The notes: generated by a model not told the origin, from the sequence alone. Counted from the stretch's first letter, positions 26,131 to 41,170 are shown. The stretch: DNA of 64,000 bases from Octopus sinensis (GCF_006345805.1 NC_043003.1:70122001-70186000), one strand, 5' to 3'. Translations and numbers: made by a program.

Positions 26131-28903
26131 AATTAAATTATATAATTAATTCGCAACCGACTAATAACCAGTGCTGTCTTCGAAATTAATGCTGTAGATC
26201 AATACTTTTACCATCTTCATTAACTTTTTTTGTTTGTTTTAGTATTGTTTTTTCTTTTTACCGTTTTGTTCTGTTCAGTTCAAAGTACTTGGTTCTTTCT
26301 TTTTGTAATTTGAACTGTAAAAGTCAATGAAGAAAAAGAAATCCTGAAAACTTGATAACTGGTTGAGCTTCAAAGTTTCTAGTTCAGTGACAAGAATTTC
26401 TGACAGTAATTTATTTTATCGTCTTTTGTCTTTTACTTGTTTCAGTTATTAGACTGCGGCCATGCTGGAGCACCGCCCTTGAATCAACCTCAGTGCTTAT
26501 TTTTTTAAAGCCTGGTTCTTATTCTATCAGTCACTTGTGCTGAACCACACCAACAGCAGTTATCAAGTGATGGTAGGGGACAGACACAAAGACACACACA
26601 CTCTCATTATCATTATCATCATTGTCGTCGTTTAACGTCTGCTTTCCATGCTGGCATGGGTTGGACGGTTGGAGTGAGGATTGGCAAGCCAGGAAGCTGC
26701 AAGGTTTCTACAGCTAGATGCCCTTCCTAATGTCAACCACTCCGAAAGTATAGTGGGTGCTTTATACATGCCATCAGCATGGGAGCCAGTCAGGCAGCAC
26801 TGAATGGTGCTTTTTACATGTCACTGGCACAGGTGCCAATCAGGTGGCACTGGCATCAACCACACATATATATTTATATATACACTATGAGCTTCTTATA
26901 GTTTCTGTTTACCAAATTCACTGAGAGGGCTTTGGTTGGCCCGATGCTATAATAGAAGACACTTGTCCAAGATGCCGGACACTGAGACTGAAAATGGCAT
27001 CATGTGTTTGGGAAGTAAGTTCTTATTTCTTTATTGCCTACAAGGGGCTAAAAATAGAGGAACAAACAAAGACATTAAGTCAATTACATCAACCCCAGTG
27101 CGTAACTGGTATTTAATTTATTGACCCTGAAAGGATGAAAGGTAATGTCGACCTCTGCGGAATTTGAACACAGAACATAACGGCAGACTAAATACCGCTA
27201 AGCATTTTGCCCAGCATGCTAACGTTTCTGCCAGCTCGCCACCTTAAGCCTTAGCAAGTTCTTACCGCACAGCCACACCTAGTTTTATAAGATAGCAAGC
27301 TGGCAGAATTGTTACCATGCCAGACAAAATGTCTTTGTTCTGAGGTCAAATTCCTCTGAGATTGACTTTGCCTTTTGTTCTTTTGTGTTTGATAAAGTAT
27401 GTGTACCAGTTATGCAATGGGGTTGATGTAATCAAGTAATCTCATCCTTCAAAATTTCAGGCTTTGCGTCTACAATAGAAAGGATTATTTAATTTTTTTT
27501 TTTTGCTTTCTTTATACATGGGTGTAAAGCTTGCAGAGGTGTTTGGTCTAGCAGTTAGAATGTTGCCCTCATGATTGCAAGATTGTGGTTTCGATTCTGG
27601 GACCAGGCAGTGCATTGTGTTAAATCATCGCCATTTCATGTCCAGTTTTCCATTCTTGCATGGATCAGATGGAATTTGAGGCAGATTTTCCATGGACAGA
27701 TGCCCTTCCTGTCACCAACCTTCACCTGTTTACAAGTAAGGGAATATTTCCCCCATGGCCAGACTTGCTTTTCATGGAAGATTGGAAATAAACAATCTTG
27801 CTCATATGATCATGTTGATGATGATCATGTACAACCATCAGCATGATGTCTAGACAAGCGTGCACACAAATGTACACATGTGATGGGCTTCTACACAGTT
27901 TCTGTCAAACTAGGTTCACTTGTGTGCCATTTATCACAACCCGAGGCCATGACAAATGAAATTTGCTCTCGATGCCATGCAAAGGGGTTGAACCGTGACT
28001 TTCGTGATTGCAAAGCAAACTTCTTAAGCACTTGGCTGTGCATATGGTATACTGTCTGTTTGTTTGTCTGTCTGAGAGAGAGAGAGAGTGTGTGTGTGTG
28101 TGTGTGAGAGAGATTACAAAATAATTAAATTATGTAAACGTTTATTGACCTTCCTTTATCTCTCTATATATTCTAGCTAGAATGATTTATTTGTATCTGT
28201 CTTATATCCTGTATTTTTGGCATGTAAGACACGCCCCTACCTCACAAGTATATTTCGTAGCAAAAACAACATAATATATAATGTGTGAAAGTATATTGGA
28301 TACAGTATATGAGTGCTGTATTTCAACTTAATTGTCTTTCAGCTTAACTGCACAGTTGTTTATTTTCTGGTTAAGAAAATTGCCAAACAGGATGTAAAAC
28401 TCATATTTCTGGCTGTGTTGTTTTACATAGCCATGATCATGCACCAGGGTGATACACCACACTTATGACCTTGTTGTCATCCAGTCATTGCAGATAGCTG
28501 ACAGGCTAGCAGAATTTTTCATTTAGATAATTAAAAAAAAAAAAATGTTCCTTAAATGGTACATTAAATAATGCAAAACACATATCAGGTGTGAGTTATA
28601 TATGCTGGGGAAGGTGGTATGAAGAGATATTGTCACCTCACCACATAACTGTGAGCAATTATTTTGTAATTTTGTGCTAACAGTCTGTGATATTTTGGCT
28701 CATTTCCAGTATTTTATCATTAGTAACAATTGCTGTGCCTTGCAGGCTTACGCTCGTCTGGTTCCTTTGCATGTCACACTTTGGCCTCCCATCCATAATA
28801 CAGCTGCATTAGACTCAGGACAATTTTTTGATACATCATTATCATCAATTAGAAAATTACTATTTTTAAATCTCACAATGTGAGATATTCAGCAACAATA
28901 CTT

Positions 28904-29249
28904 TGTAGTAAAGATTGTTTGCCAACATAACACGGCAGTCCTGGTTAGGACTAATGTTGCTGTAATTTAGCCCCGGAGACATCGTCTCCAGCTGGCTATA
29001 TGACGCAATCTTTGTGCTTACATTTTCGAACGATTATTCTGTGCTGATGAAGAGAAATAACCCAGAAATCGCAATACACAGATATTGTTTTGAACTGAGT
29101 GGGGGTGCTAGATTCCCTTGTTTGACAATATAAGGACACAGATCGTGTTGTATAGCCAGCTGGAGACGATGTCTCCTGGGGCTAAATTACAGCAACAGTC
29201 GTCCTAAACCAAGACTGCTATGTTATGTTGGCAAACAATCTTTACTACA
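28904..29249. mobile_element. MITE with ~105-bp terminal inverted repeats
   Basis: TGTAGTAAAGATTGTTTGCCAACATAAC...GTTATGTTGGCAAACAATCTTTACTACA, with inner GGAGACATCGTCTCCAGCTGGCTATA mirrored. Confidence 0.75.
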
Positions 29250-29959
29250 TCATAATCATCATTTAATATTTGTGTTGCATGTTGACATGGAATAGCTGGT
29301 TTGAGAGGGTCAGATGAGCCCAAAGACTGCAATGTGCTCCAGTGTCTGTTTGGCAGGGTTTCTCCGGCTCAATGCACTTTGTAATGGGTTGCCACTTTAC
29401 AGCATGTCCTGGGTGCTTTTTTGGTGTCACCGTCACTAGTGCGGTTTGCTATACAACTTGCAAGACCTAGTGGAGAGGGAGAACTTTATGCTAGGAGAAT
29501 AGGGAGTAGAGAGAGAGCATGAGAGAAAGGGCCAGAGTAGGACTGGTTTCTTGCTGTAGAGGAGCGACATGATTCCTCACATTCTAAAACAGCGGGGGTC
29601 GGGGTGGTGGTGAAGGGGTGAAGTTGGAAAGTGATGAAAGAAATGTGGTATGAGGTGGGTAGGATTAGGTGAGATGGGTGCAAGGAGTGGGTGGTAGAAA
29701 AGGGGACATCTGAGAGTATGTGGCAGCGGAAAAGAAAAGGCACATCTTATTCACCAGCAATAAGATATATATATATATATATATATCATTATCATAATAA
29801 TCATCATCATTTAAGATCTGTTTTCCACACTGGCTTGGGTTGGATGAGTTGACAAGATCTGGCAAACCGGAGTGCTGCACTAGGCTCCAATTGTCTGTGT
29901 TGGCAGGGTTTCTACAGCTGGATGCCCTTCCTAGTGCCAACCACTTTACAGAGTGTACT

Positions 29960-30290
29960 GGGTGCTTTTTACATGCTACCAGCATGTGTGTTGCTACATG
30001 GCATCAATATGGGTGCTTTTTTTCATGGCACCAGCACAGGTACTTTTTATGTGGCACCAGGTGCTTTTCATGTGGTACCAGTATGGCTGCTTTTTACATG
30101 GCTCTAGCATCAGTGCTCTTTATGTGGCACCATCATTGGTGCTTTTTATGTGGAACCTGCATATGTGCTTTCTATGTGGCACTGGTATGGCTGCTTTTTA
30201 TGTGACACCAGCATTGGTGCCTTTTTCGCGGCACCAGCTCAGGTACTTTTTATGTGACACCGTCATGGGTGCTTACTATGTGGCACTTAC
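29960..30290. repeat. ~23-24-bp minisatellite (GTGCTTTTTATGTGGCACCAGCA-like); similar array at 3670-3805
   Basis: About 12 degenerate units expanded from the RTE 3'-UTR unit. Confidence 0.8.
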
Positions 30291-30762
30291 ATATACTTAT
30301 GTATTTATATCTGAATTTCTGGAACAAGTATGTATTAAACACGGTCCTCTAGGAATAGAACAACACAATGGCACTATTGTGAGTTTGAACTGATGACCCT
30401 TTTCAACAAACTTAAATGATTTTCCATGACAAAAGGTTATTCTGGCACCTTGAAGCACCTTTAGATTACTTAGAGATATAGTCACACATAAATTATCTCT
30501 TACATACAATTGTTATTTTTTTTGTTGGAAATATCAGACCTTTTGTCACGGTCAATTTTAATTACTTGTTTTTTACTCTTTTACTTGTTTTAGTCATAAC
30601 TGTGGCCATACTGTGGCACCACCTTAATGGGTTTTAGTTGAACAGAATGAACTCAGTACTAATTTTTTTTTAAATCTGGTACTTATCCTATTAGGTTCTT
30701 TGCTGAACTGCTAAGTTATAGGGATGTAAACAAACCAACACTGATTGTCAGGCGGTGTGTAC

Positions 30763-30826
<64 letters not shown>

Positions 30827-30972
30827 ACTACCCCTTCCCGCCTTCAAACGAGCCTATAACCTGCACGACTTCCTGGTTCACAGTTTCTTCCTATTCCTGC
30901 CTCCCAGCCTGGTTCCTTCCCCTGCTTTCATCCAAAATGTCACACCTGTCACCTACCTCTCTAACACCACCA

Positions 30973-31007
<35 letters not shown>

Positions 31008-31681
31008 ACACATTATTGACTCCCACAAAGTTTCTGTCTATCGAATTCACTCACAAGGAGCTGATTGGCCTAGGGCTATAATAGAAGACACTTTCCCATG
31101 GTGCCATGCTGTGGGACTGAACCCAAAAGCACATGGTTACAAAGGGAGCTTCTTCACCACACTGCCATGCCTGCACCTATTTGCGTATTTTAAAAAGGAA
31201 ATTAATTAGAAGTGGAGAAATAGTATTCATATTAATTGCAGACTCTTCCACATTGGTTAGATTAGATGGAAAGTGATGGAAAATTCTGATAATCTCAAGT
31301 GTGGAAACCATTTCTGAGTAGTTCTTTTAGTAATAGCACCTTTCTTGTACACAGCACAAATGTCTTGAGCAGCTTTGGAAGCATTGATTGAAAGTGAAGA
31401 GAAACAGGTCTTGAAAATGATCACTTTTTTTCTACTTGGTATTCCATCATTATATACTCTCTCTTTTTACTCTTTTACTTGTTTCAGTCATTTGACTGTG
31501 GCCATGCTGGAGCACCGCCTTTAGTCGAGCAAATCGACCCCAGGAATTTTTACTTTGTAAGCCTAGTACTTATTTTATCGGTCTCTAATGCCGAACTGCT
31601 AAGTTACGGGGACGTAAACACACCAGCATTGGTTGTCAAGAAATGGTGGCGGACAAACACAGACACAAACATATACACATG

Positions 31682-31771
<90 letters not shown>

Positions 31772-33034
31772 TACGGCAGGCTTCTTTCAGTTTCCGTTTA
31801 CCAAATCCACTCACAAGACTTCGGTTGGCCCGAGGCTATAGTAGAAGACACTTGCCCAAGGTGCCACGCAGTGGGACTGAACCCGGAACCATGTGGTTGG
31901 TAAGCAAGCTACTTACCACACAGCCACTCCTACGCTGAAAAAAGATATAATTTATTCAAATTTCAGAAACAATAAACAAAAGTTGTAGATGAAGAATAGA
32001 GTTTCTGAAAGATACCCCATTAAACATAAGCAAAAATATTTTTTGCGTTAATTCAAGTCACATTTGAAAGAAAGAAACAAATTTATCTGACAACCAATAT
32101 TTATTATGAGAGGAGCAGAGTGATGGTGTGTTTTGGTTGGGGTTACACTACACACTAGAACAAGGAAGTAGATGATTTTATAGTAAGACTAGAAGAGGCA
32201 GAGAGATAAGAGAAAGCATATCTGGGTAGCTGCTTGTAGCTGGTTGGTTAGTGAGTCTTTGTCATTAAGTGAATGACCTTGTGTTAGGTGTGGCCTATGA
32301 TGTTCTGTTGGTGTTGTGCCAAAACCAGATATTTCAATAGTTACGTTTATGTAAGCTCACAAAGTTATGACGAATACTTGGCTACACAATCTTGTTCATG
32401 AGTCAGTCGAAATTTGTAATGACAGAACTTTCTGTGGCAAACCTTCTCCTATTTCCAAGCATGGCAGTATTTCTCCCTTGTCTGTTGAACAAAGAACAGC
32501 ATGGAACATTGGTTCCACAGAGGAGTACAAACCAATAACACCATTTGTATGAATGGTAATGCTTTGTGTATGCGCATGTGTGCATGTGTGCATGCATGTA
32601 TCAGGTCAGGTGTGGGGTCTTGTGCCATTGCAGCACATTTTTGCATTCCCCATTTATTGGTATATTCTCAGGTCCTCCTGGGTGACCCGTCAGGCAGAGC
32701 CCCAGTCAGTCCCCATCTCTGCAAGTTTCCTCCTCATCTGCCATAACCATCTTAATTTGTTTATTTGAAAGTCACAGCATCAGCAGTGCCATTGTTATCT
32801 CTTCTCTTATCATTAACTTCCGCACTTGCTTCCTGCTTTCAAAAGATCCCATACTTGAAAAACAGGTAAGGGTTTGTGTCAGGAAATGCATCCAGCTGTA
32901 AAACAATGCTTCAATAACATATTCATCTAACTCATTGCAAAGATGGGGTGGGGGTGGGGGAACTGAAAGAGAAAGTTTCTTCTACTATAGCCCTGGGCTC
33001 ATCAAATCCTTGCGAGTGGATTTTACAGCTGGAA

Positions 33035-33225
33035 AAATATATATACCCATGGGAATAAGAATGGGCCCCAACTATGCAAACCTGTTTGTTGGCTATGTTG
33101 TGGCTCAAATATTATTACAATTCACTGGTCCCACTTCCGAGCTATACAGTCATTAAATCAATGACTGTATTGACGCGACCTCACTCTCCCGCAAACATCT
33201 GGACTCCTTCCTCTCTCACTTTGTC
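33035..33225 (+). mobile_element. Penelope-like RT fragment
   Basis: PMGIRMGPNYANLFVGYV followed by a decayed Y-I-D/N-D motif. A related PAFKRAYNLHDFLVHS linker lies at ~30837-30885. Confidence 0.65.
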
Positions 33226-33229
33226 CCTT

Positions 33230-33845
33230 TGCACCACATGGGCTCAGCTCACTACCTATCTACATCTGACACCAACCCCACATGGATTTCCACACACCTC
33301 CCACATTCAACTGTCCTTCCTCCACCTACACACTTGCATGCTAACTACCTTGGTACTCTCACCACACACATCACTATACAAACAACAATACACACTGCTC
33401 AACTCATTACTCACTTCACACACCATTACACACACACCCACAAACACCTTCACACTCCACACACACACACACTAGCGCTGAACACTTCTCAGCCCCCACA
33501 CCACACACCATTATCCACACCCGCACGCAATCTTCAATAGCGTCACTACACATACCATTATACACACACACATGCTGTTTAACACAGTACGCACACCACA
33601 CACCATGCACACTCCCACACCTACACAAGCATATAATACCTGAACACAAACAATACACACACTCACACACACACATACACACACACACAACACATAGACA
33701 ATGATAACTTTCAATCTGTACTATTTTGTCACAGACAGACAGACGCACACACCACTTGAACAAGCACACATCAATTACTACACACACACACGTTAGACTT
33801 ACTTGGCCCCATTCAAACATACACACAACATTCTCACATACATAT
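33230..33845. repeat. Degenerate CA-rich low-complexity tract (TG-rich counterpart at 8095-8790)
   Basis: Direct inspection. Confidence 0.9.
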
Positions 33846-33896
33846 ACACACATGCGTGTGCACCTTAGTTTCTTGGGGGTCACCATTACCTTTACC

Positions 33897-33937
<41 letters not shown>

Positions 33938-36900
33938 CTCCCTTTCATTCAACCTCTTTCTTCCAGTCATCTTGTCATGTTGGACTGTTGAACCCTGCAC
34001 TATTTTCCTCTCTCCATGTTTTTTCATTCTCTCTCCATTTTTTTTTACCTCTGTCAAAGAGCATAGGCTCGAAATATAAAAAGCTTTTCCATTTTTCCTG
34101 ATTGTTAAATGGATATGCCTGCTTGTTGTTCTTACACCTATCTTCGTCTTTTGTTTTCTGTAAATTTGAACTATGTGTGTGTGTGTGTGTGTGTGCGCGC
34201 GTGCGTGTGTGTGTGTCCTTGTCTAGATATGGTGATGGCTGTAAATGAATATCACCATACAAGTAAGGTTGTTTCATTTCTAGTCTTCCCTGGAAAACAC
34301 ATCTGGCCATGGGGAAATATTACCTTGCTTGGAAACAAGTGAGGTTTGGCAACAGCAAGGGCATCCAGCTGTAAAAAATTTGCGAAAAAATTCTGTCTGA
34401 CCCATGCTAGCATAAAAAAGTAAATGTTAGGTAATAATGATTATGATGTATTGTATAGTGAAACTGTTCACCCCACCCGGTAATAAGTAGTAGTAGCCAG
34501 CTATTATAATTATAAATAGACCAGTAACCGGTTGACAGGCAGAAGGAAGAAAGTTGAGAGCACATGTAGACTGTGTTGATAGTCATGTCTGTGCTGATAT
34601 AGTAATTATATTGTGATACTGAGTTGACATAATATCGATCCAACCTTTGACAATAATAATACTGTATGACTGGGGTGGGGTGGGGGTCGTACATTGTCAG
34701 ATAGAACCATTCTATCGACGGCTTCAGAATATAACAATATCTGTCACAGTGACAGTCGTCAAAAGACAGATACAACAGTGGCAAAAGACTGCTTTACTAC
34801 ATGACAATATACATACATATATCTACATATATATACAAATACATAGATGTAGGTGCAGTCTATGGTTAACCCTTTCGTATTCAGATTACTCTGTCAAATG
34901 TAGGCTTATGTATTCACATTGTCTTGTATTAGTCATGCATTAATGTAGTTGCTTCAAGATTTCAAGGATCTGACGATTTACTTTTAGAATAGGTTCGCCT
35001 GATTGGTTCCTGTGCCGGTGGCATGTAAATGGCACCATCTGAATGTGATCATTGCCAGACCCACCTTACTGGTTCCAGTGCCAGTGGCACATAAAAAGCA
35101 CCCACTACACTCTTGGAGTGGTTGGCATTAGGAAGGGCATCCAGCTGTAGAAACTTTGCCAGACCAGGTTGGAGCCTGGTGCAGCTGCTGGCTCTGCAGA
35201 CCTCAGCCAAACCGTTCAACCCATGTCAGCATTGGAAAACAGACGTTAATGATGATGATAGTGATGAATGTAGGATAAGTGTGAGAGATCAGATCTGGTT
35301 AGGATCTATGTAGAACAGGAAGAATATTTGGGTGTGATATGGCTGGTTTAAATGCTAAAAGGTTAAGACGCTTACTTCCTAGCCATCATGTTGTGGGAGG
35401 GGTACCTCGACATTTTTTTGGGGACAGCAGCTGATTATGTGTATGATGCAATTGACATTTGTGGTTGTCTTTGGATTAAGGAACTTTGCTGTCTCTTTCA
35501 TTTATTAGATATTCCATATTCCATTTATTAGATATTCTTGCTCATGGATGGCATGAGCATAATCTTCGAGATGTGACATGATGTCACTAGTCTAATACAG
35601 GCAACACTACTTTAATAATATTATTCCCTCACCTCCATAAGGCGGCAAGCTGGCAGAATTCTTAGAATGAGGGGTGAAATATTTAGGCACATTTCATTTG
35701 TCATTATGCTAAGTTAATACTCTGCGGAGGTTGACTTTGCCTTTCATCCTCTCAGGGGTCAATAAAATAAGTTCCAGTTTAGCACTGGAGTCAATGTAAT
35801 CACCTTATCCTCTCCCTCTGAAATTGCTGGCTTTGTGCCAAAATTAGACATCAATATAATCTTGTGGGTGTCTATCAAATAAGTTGCTAGTTTTTGGAGC
35901 TTTAATGTGTGCATTTGCAGGGAAGCAAGATGTTTAGAGTATGGAAAATGTCTGATGGCAGGTATTTATCTGATTGCAGGTTTTGGAACAGTTTCCAGGA
36001 GATTAATATTCTGAGCATATCTATTTTTCTGTCCTAGTATGTATAATGTACATAGATTTTCTTTTGTTTATTAACAATAAGTATTTACTTGTTTGATCAA
36101 CAGAACTACATACTTATTGAATTAGCCTGTAAACAGCTGTGTAGGCTTGCCTTGACATGAGCTGTACAGTTGAAGACAGTTGCTCAAGACACCATCTAAT
36201 GGGATCCACACAGAATCTCATGTTTGCAAAGCATATTCCTTGATGATTTGGCCATATTACACCCTTATATATCATCATCATCATCATCATTTAACGTCTG
36301 CTATCCATGCTGGCATGGGGTGGACGGTTTGATTGAGGACTGGAGAGCGAGAGGCTGTACCTGGCTAAATCTGATCTGGCAAAGTTTCTACAGCTGGATG
36401 CCCTTCCTAATGCCAACCACTCCGAGAGTGTAGTGGGTGTTTTTATGTGCCATCAGCACGAGGGCCAACCAGGCGGTTCTGGCAACAACCATGCTCAAGG
36501 TGTTTTTACATGCTACCTGCATGGGAGCCAATCATATATATATATATTTATATAAATATAAATATGTGTGTGGAGGCGCAATGGCCCAGTGGTTAGGGCA
36601 GTGGACTCGCGGTTGTAGGATCGTGGTTTCGAATCTCAGACCGGGCATTGTGAGTGTTTATTGACCGAAAACACCTACAGCTCCATGCGGCTCCAGCAGT
36701 GGGTGGTGGCGATCCCTGCTGTACTCTTTCACCACAACTTTCTCTCACTCTTTCTTCTGTTGGCCTGCTTGCTTAGCCAGCGGGGTGGCGTCATTTGAAG
36801 GCTAAAACAGTGTGAAGCGCATTGTGACCAGCGATGTGTAGCAACATCTGATAGCCTGGTCGGTCACGGTGATGGAGATATATATATATGTACACACATA

Positions 36901-37171
36901 CAGGTCCTCCACAAATCAAGGCATGAATAAGCGATTTTGAGTGGTTTCCACATTTAACAGAATTTCTCCAGCGGAAATCTAGTATAGTAGAATTTTTTGG
37001 CAATTAATAGGTGCAAGTGTCACTGTGTTGTGAGAAGCTTGTGTCTCAATTACATGGTTTCAGGTTCAGATCTACTGCACAGTGGCTTAGGCAAGTGTCT
37101 TCTGTTATAGCTCCTGGCCGTCCAAAATATAGCGAGTAAATTTGGTTGATGGAAACCATGCAAAACCGGTC

Positions 37172-37218
<47 letters not shown>

Positions 37219-37275
37219 ATATCTGTCTATCTATACACACACACGCACACACACACACACATATATATATATGTG

Positions 37276-37330
<55 letters not shown>

Positions 37331-37445
37331 ATATAGCATGTTTTTATAATTCTTTTATACGTTTCATCCCCTAGGCTGTGGCCTTGCTGGAGTACTGCCA
37401 GTGAACTATAACAAAATAAATTTGAAAAATGTAAGTTCCAGCAAG

Positions 37446-37488
<43 letters not shown>

Positions 37489-37849
37489 TCTGTGCTAGTG
37501 CTGTTTGTTAACCACCACCACCACCATTGCTAGACAGCCGGTGTTGGTTTGTTTACGTCCCCGTAACATTGAGGATTGGCAGAAGAGCCCAATAGAATAA
37601 GTACCAGCTTTAAGATAAATACTAGGCGGGATTAAACCTCCAACGCAATGCTCCAGCATGGCCGCAGTCCAATGTGTGAAGCAAGTAAAAGAAGATAAAG
37701 CAAAAAAAAAAAAAATTGTTTAATTGTCAAATTGTATTATTATAAATTATTAAGCATTTTGTCAAGTTTATACGTTCCTCAACAAGTTTATATTTAACAA
37801 AACAGTTTGTGGTATTCAGAAATAGTAGGTCAGCTCAGAAAGTAGAACA

Positions 37850-37980
37850 AGTCACGCACTTCCTCTGTGCAGTTTTTATTTTCTTAGTAAGCAGCTGAAT
37901 AAACTTCGTTCGTCTTTACAAAAATAACTTTTTAGAAAATGACGACGTGGTGGTATTTGTATACGGGAGTTAACTGGGTA
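37850..37980 (+). promoter_or_regulatory. Candidate promoter / non-coding first exon of gene A
   Basis: Unique CpG-retaining sequence with CACTTCCT (ETS-like) and a possible donor CTGG|GTAAAA near 37977. An upstream exon is required because exon 1 begins with an acceptor. Confidence 0.3.
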
Positions 37981-38442
37981 AAAATTTTAAATAATGAGTG
38001 GTTGTCTCCCTTACTGTAATAGTTCGTAATAGTTGCGTACATAAATTATTAATTAATTAACCGAAAGACGTATGATTGTGTGGATATGAAGCTTACTTTC
38101 TCAGCCATGTGCTTCCTGGTTCAGTCCCACTGCATGGCATTTTGGGCAAGTGTCTTCTAATGAATTTGGTTGACAGAAACTGAAAAGAGCCCCTGTCATC
38201 ATCATCATCACCATCATCATTTAACGTCCGCTTTCCATGCTGGCATGGGTTAGACGGTTTGACTGAGGTCTGGAGAGCCAGGAGGCTGCACCAGGCTCCA
38301 GTCTGATCTGGCAGTGTTTCTACAGCTGGATGCCCTTCCTAACGCCAACCACTCCAAGAGTGTAGCGGGTGCCTTTTACGCGCTACCGGCACGGGAGCCA
38401 GTCAGGTGGCACTGGCATCGACCCTATGTGTGTATGTGTATG

Positions 38443-38483
<41 letters not shown>

Positions 38484-39542
38484 TCCTTGCCCTGGAATCA
38501 TGTGATAATTGTAAATGATAGTCATCGTCATATAAGAAATTATTTTCGTTTCCAATATTCTGCAAAACTGTGTCTGGCCATAGGGAAGCATTATCTTGTT
38601 CAGAAACAGTTGAGGGTTAGCAACAGGAAGAGCACCTGGCTGTTACAAGTCTGCCTCATTAAACTTTGTCCAACTCATAACAAGTATGGAGAAGTGGACA
38701 TTAAAACAATGACTGCAACAATACAAATTTTAGAGATAAATACTATTGTTTCATTCAACCAAAGGCTTTGTTTGTAGATACTCTTTTCTACTCTAGGCAC
38801 AAGGCCTGAAATTTCTGGGGAGTGGGGGACTGTCGATTAGGTTGACCGAAGTATGCAACTGGTACTTAATTTATTGACCCCGGAAGGATGAAAGGCAAAG
38901 TCGACCTTAGCGGAATTTGAATACAGAGTGTAAAGTCAGACGAAATACCGCAAAGTATTTTGCCTGGTGTGCTAACGATTCTGCCAACTTGCTGCTTTAC
39001 TACTACTACAAATAATAATAATAATAATAATAATAACAATATTTTTTTCTACTCTAAGCGCAAGGCCCAAAATTTTTTGGGAGGGGGCCAGTGATTAGAT
39101 CGACCCCGGCACACAATGGTACTTAATTTATCAGCTCTGGAAGGATGAAAGACAAAGTTGACCAGAATTTGAACACAGAACGTAAAGACAGACGAAATAC
39201 TGCTAAGCATTTCGCCCGGCGTGCTAACGATTCTGCCAGCTCACAGCCTTACTTTGCTTGTAGATAGATATTGACCCAGCCTTAATGGATGATTTTCAAA
39301 GTTGGCCTTGCTATAATTTTCTAAACTTATATATTGAACTCTTCTCTCTCAGAAACTCATCATAAAGGTTAAGATTACTTTGTACTTGTAATCAAACTGC
39401 TACTTGTAATCAATTTGATTTTAGTTCATAAATTCTTTCCCTACATCCCCAGTTTTTTAAAATATATATTTCACATTATGTAGTTATTTTTTATTAATAA
39501 TTTTGATTATTTCTTTCTTTTTTTTTCTTTTTTAAAGCAATT

Positions 39543-39614
39543 ATGCCGACCAAATATTTCATTCAGAATAAGCGTAAGAGTTTAGACCAGGATTTCTTTG
39601 CTGAGTGTATGCAG
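39543..39614 (+). CDS. Gene A coding exon 1 (MPTKYFIQNKRKSLDQDFFAECMQ), uncharacterised protein
   Basis: Long polypyrimidine tract and AG at 39536-39537. Exon 39538-39614, ATG at 39543, donor CAG|GTAAGT at 39615. Only one frame is open and it ends in phase 0. Confidence 0.8.
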
Positions 39615-40389
39615 GTAAGTTCTTTTTATTTTATTTATTGTACGCAGGTGAACTGGAAATTAAAATTATGGTAAATACAATTGGAAGGACCTAATTAGTT
39701 GCTTGGATAAAGTATCAGACTTGTAGCTGAAGAATCGACAGTTTGTATCATAGTGCTGCACCGTGATCTAAGATAATCATCATCGGCATTAAACGTCCGC
39801 TTTCCATGCTGGCATGGGTGGGATGGTTTAAGAGGAGCTGGCCAGGCAGAAGCCTGCTCCAGACTCCTGTGTCTGTTTTGGCAGGATTTTTCCAGCTGGA
39901 TGCCCTTCCTAACACCAACCACTCTGCCGAGTGAACTTTGTGCTTTTTACATGGTCCAAGCACAGGCAAGGTCAGTTTTGGCAGGGTTTTTACAGCTGGA
40001 TGCCCTTCCAAACACCAACCTGTTTACAGTGTGGACTAGGTGCTTTTTAAGTGGCACCTGCACTGACAGAGTCACCAAGTAACTTGCACTTTATAAACTG
40101 GAAGTTGGCAACTTCGCTAGTGCTGGTGGCACATAAAAAACACCTTGTACATACTGTAAAATGGTTGGCATTAGGAAGGGCATCCGGCTGTAGAAACCAT
40201 GCCAAACCAGACTATGGAACCTGGTGCAGCTCTGCAGTCTGTCAGATCATGTCGAACCGTCCAACCCATACTAGCATGGAAAACAGATGTTAAGTAATGA
40301 TGATGATAATGAAACTTAATTATAAGATCATCTGAAATACAGTATCACCACTTTTTTTGTTATATGATAAAAGTGAGAGACTAATTTAT

Positions 40390-41005
40390 AAAGAGACAGT
40401 TTTTGAAAACATGCATCAGTAGAACAATTGGAGAACATTGCTTACAATACCTGGATGAAGCCATCATCTTGGAGACACTTGTTTTTTTCACAGTCATGCT
40501 TGTAAAGAAACTTTTAAAAAATCAAGGAATGTCTCCTTGTGTCACATGATGTATGAGCCAGCAGGTAGGATAATCTGTGCTATTGAGCAGAATATATCCT
40601 GTAGCCCATCTTTGTCTGGAGCTGTAGCACTCTCTGCCAATTATTCATGGAATGTGTTATATATCTTTTGATTATTGATGCTATCTTGTTCATGGCTAGA
40701 GTTTATAGGATCCATGTGTGGGGAATACTATCAAAAGCCTTTCGGTAATCGATCCAGGCCAGACTTAGATCCTTCTTCTTTCTGCAACTGTCTTCAGTTA
40801 TGGCTTTATTGATCAGTAGCATCCCTTCTGCTCTTCTGAAGCAGGTTGTTTTTTCGTGATGTTTGTCTATTCTCTGCAATATTATTGCTGTAAAGGCTTT
40901 GTAAATTGTAGGGAGACAAGTTATCAGTCTGTAATTTTGTAGGTTTGCCATTTAAGTGGATTTGGAAATTAGGATAATTTTCCCTTCTGCAAGCCATTCG
41001 GCATT
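40390..41005 (-). mobile_element. R4/Dong-clade LINE RT fragment
   Basis: Track ORF 40703..40951: NYRLITCLPTIYK...WIDYRKAFDSIPHTWIL. Confidence 0.8.
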
Positions 41006-41107
41006 GTCTCCAGCTCTGCTAGTGTCATTATACTTTTTGGCCAGCTTTTTGTTGTTGTTGTTGTTGTTGTTATCATCATCATCATTATTATTATTATTAT
41101 TTTGTAG

Positions 41108-41170
41108 AATGATCAAAAACGGCAATGTTTAGGACTTCTGAACTATGACAGAGGTTGTGAATGGAAACAG
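41108..41170 (+). CDS. Gene A coding exon 2 (NDQKRQCLGLLNYDRGCEWKQ)
   Basis: TTTGTAG| acceptor and CAG|GTAAGT donor. 63 nt, open in phase 0-0, continues exon 1. Confidence 0.8.

Noticed and set aside
29540-29600. Degenerate hammerhead-like string on the minus strand (GTGAGGAA...GAAACCAGTC)
   Set aside because: The core and stem II are too decayed to support a call.
29960-30290. Regularly spaced 23-24-bp repeats resembling a CRISPR array
   Set aside because: The units are contiguous with no unique spacers, derive from a LINE 3' UTR, sit in a eukaryotic context and have no cas genes.
36572-36650. tRNA-like sequences (also 19388-19450, 20165-20225, 62952-63025)
   Set aside because: They are heads of repeated SINEs, continue into SINE bodies and lack a complete cloverleaf; not called as tRNA genes.
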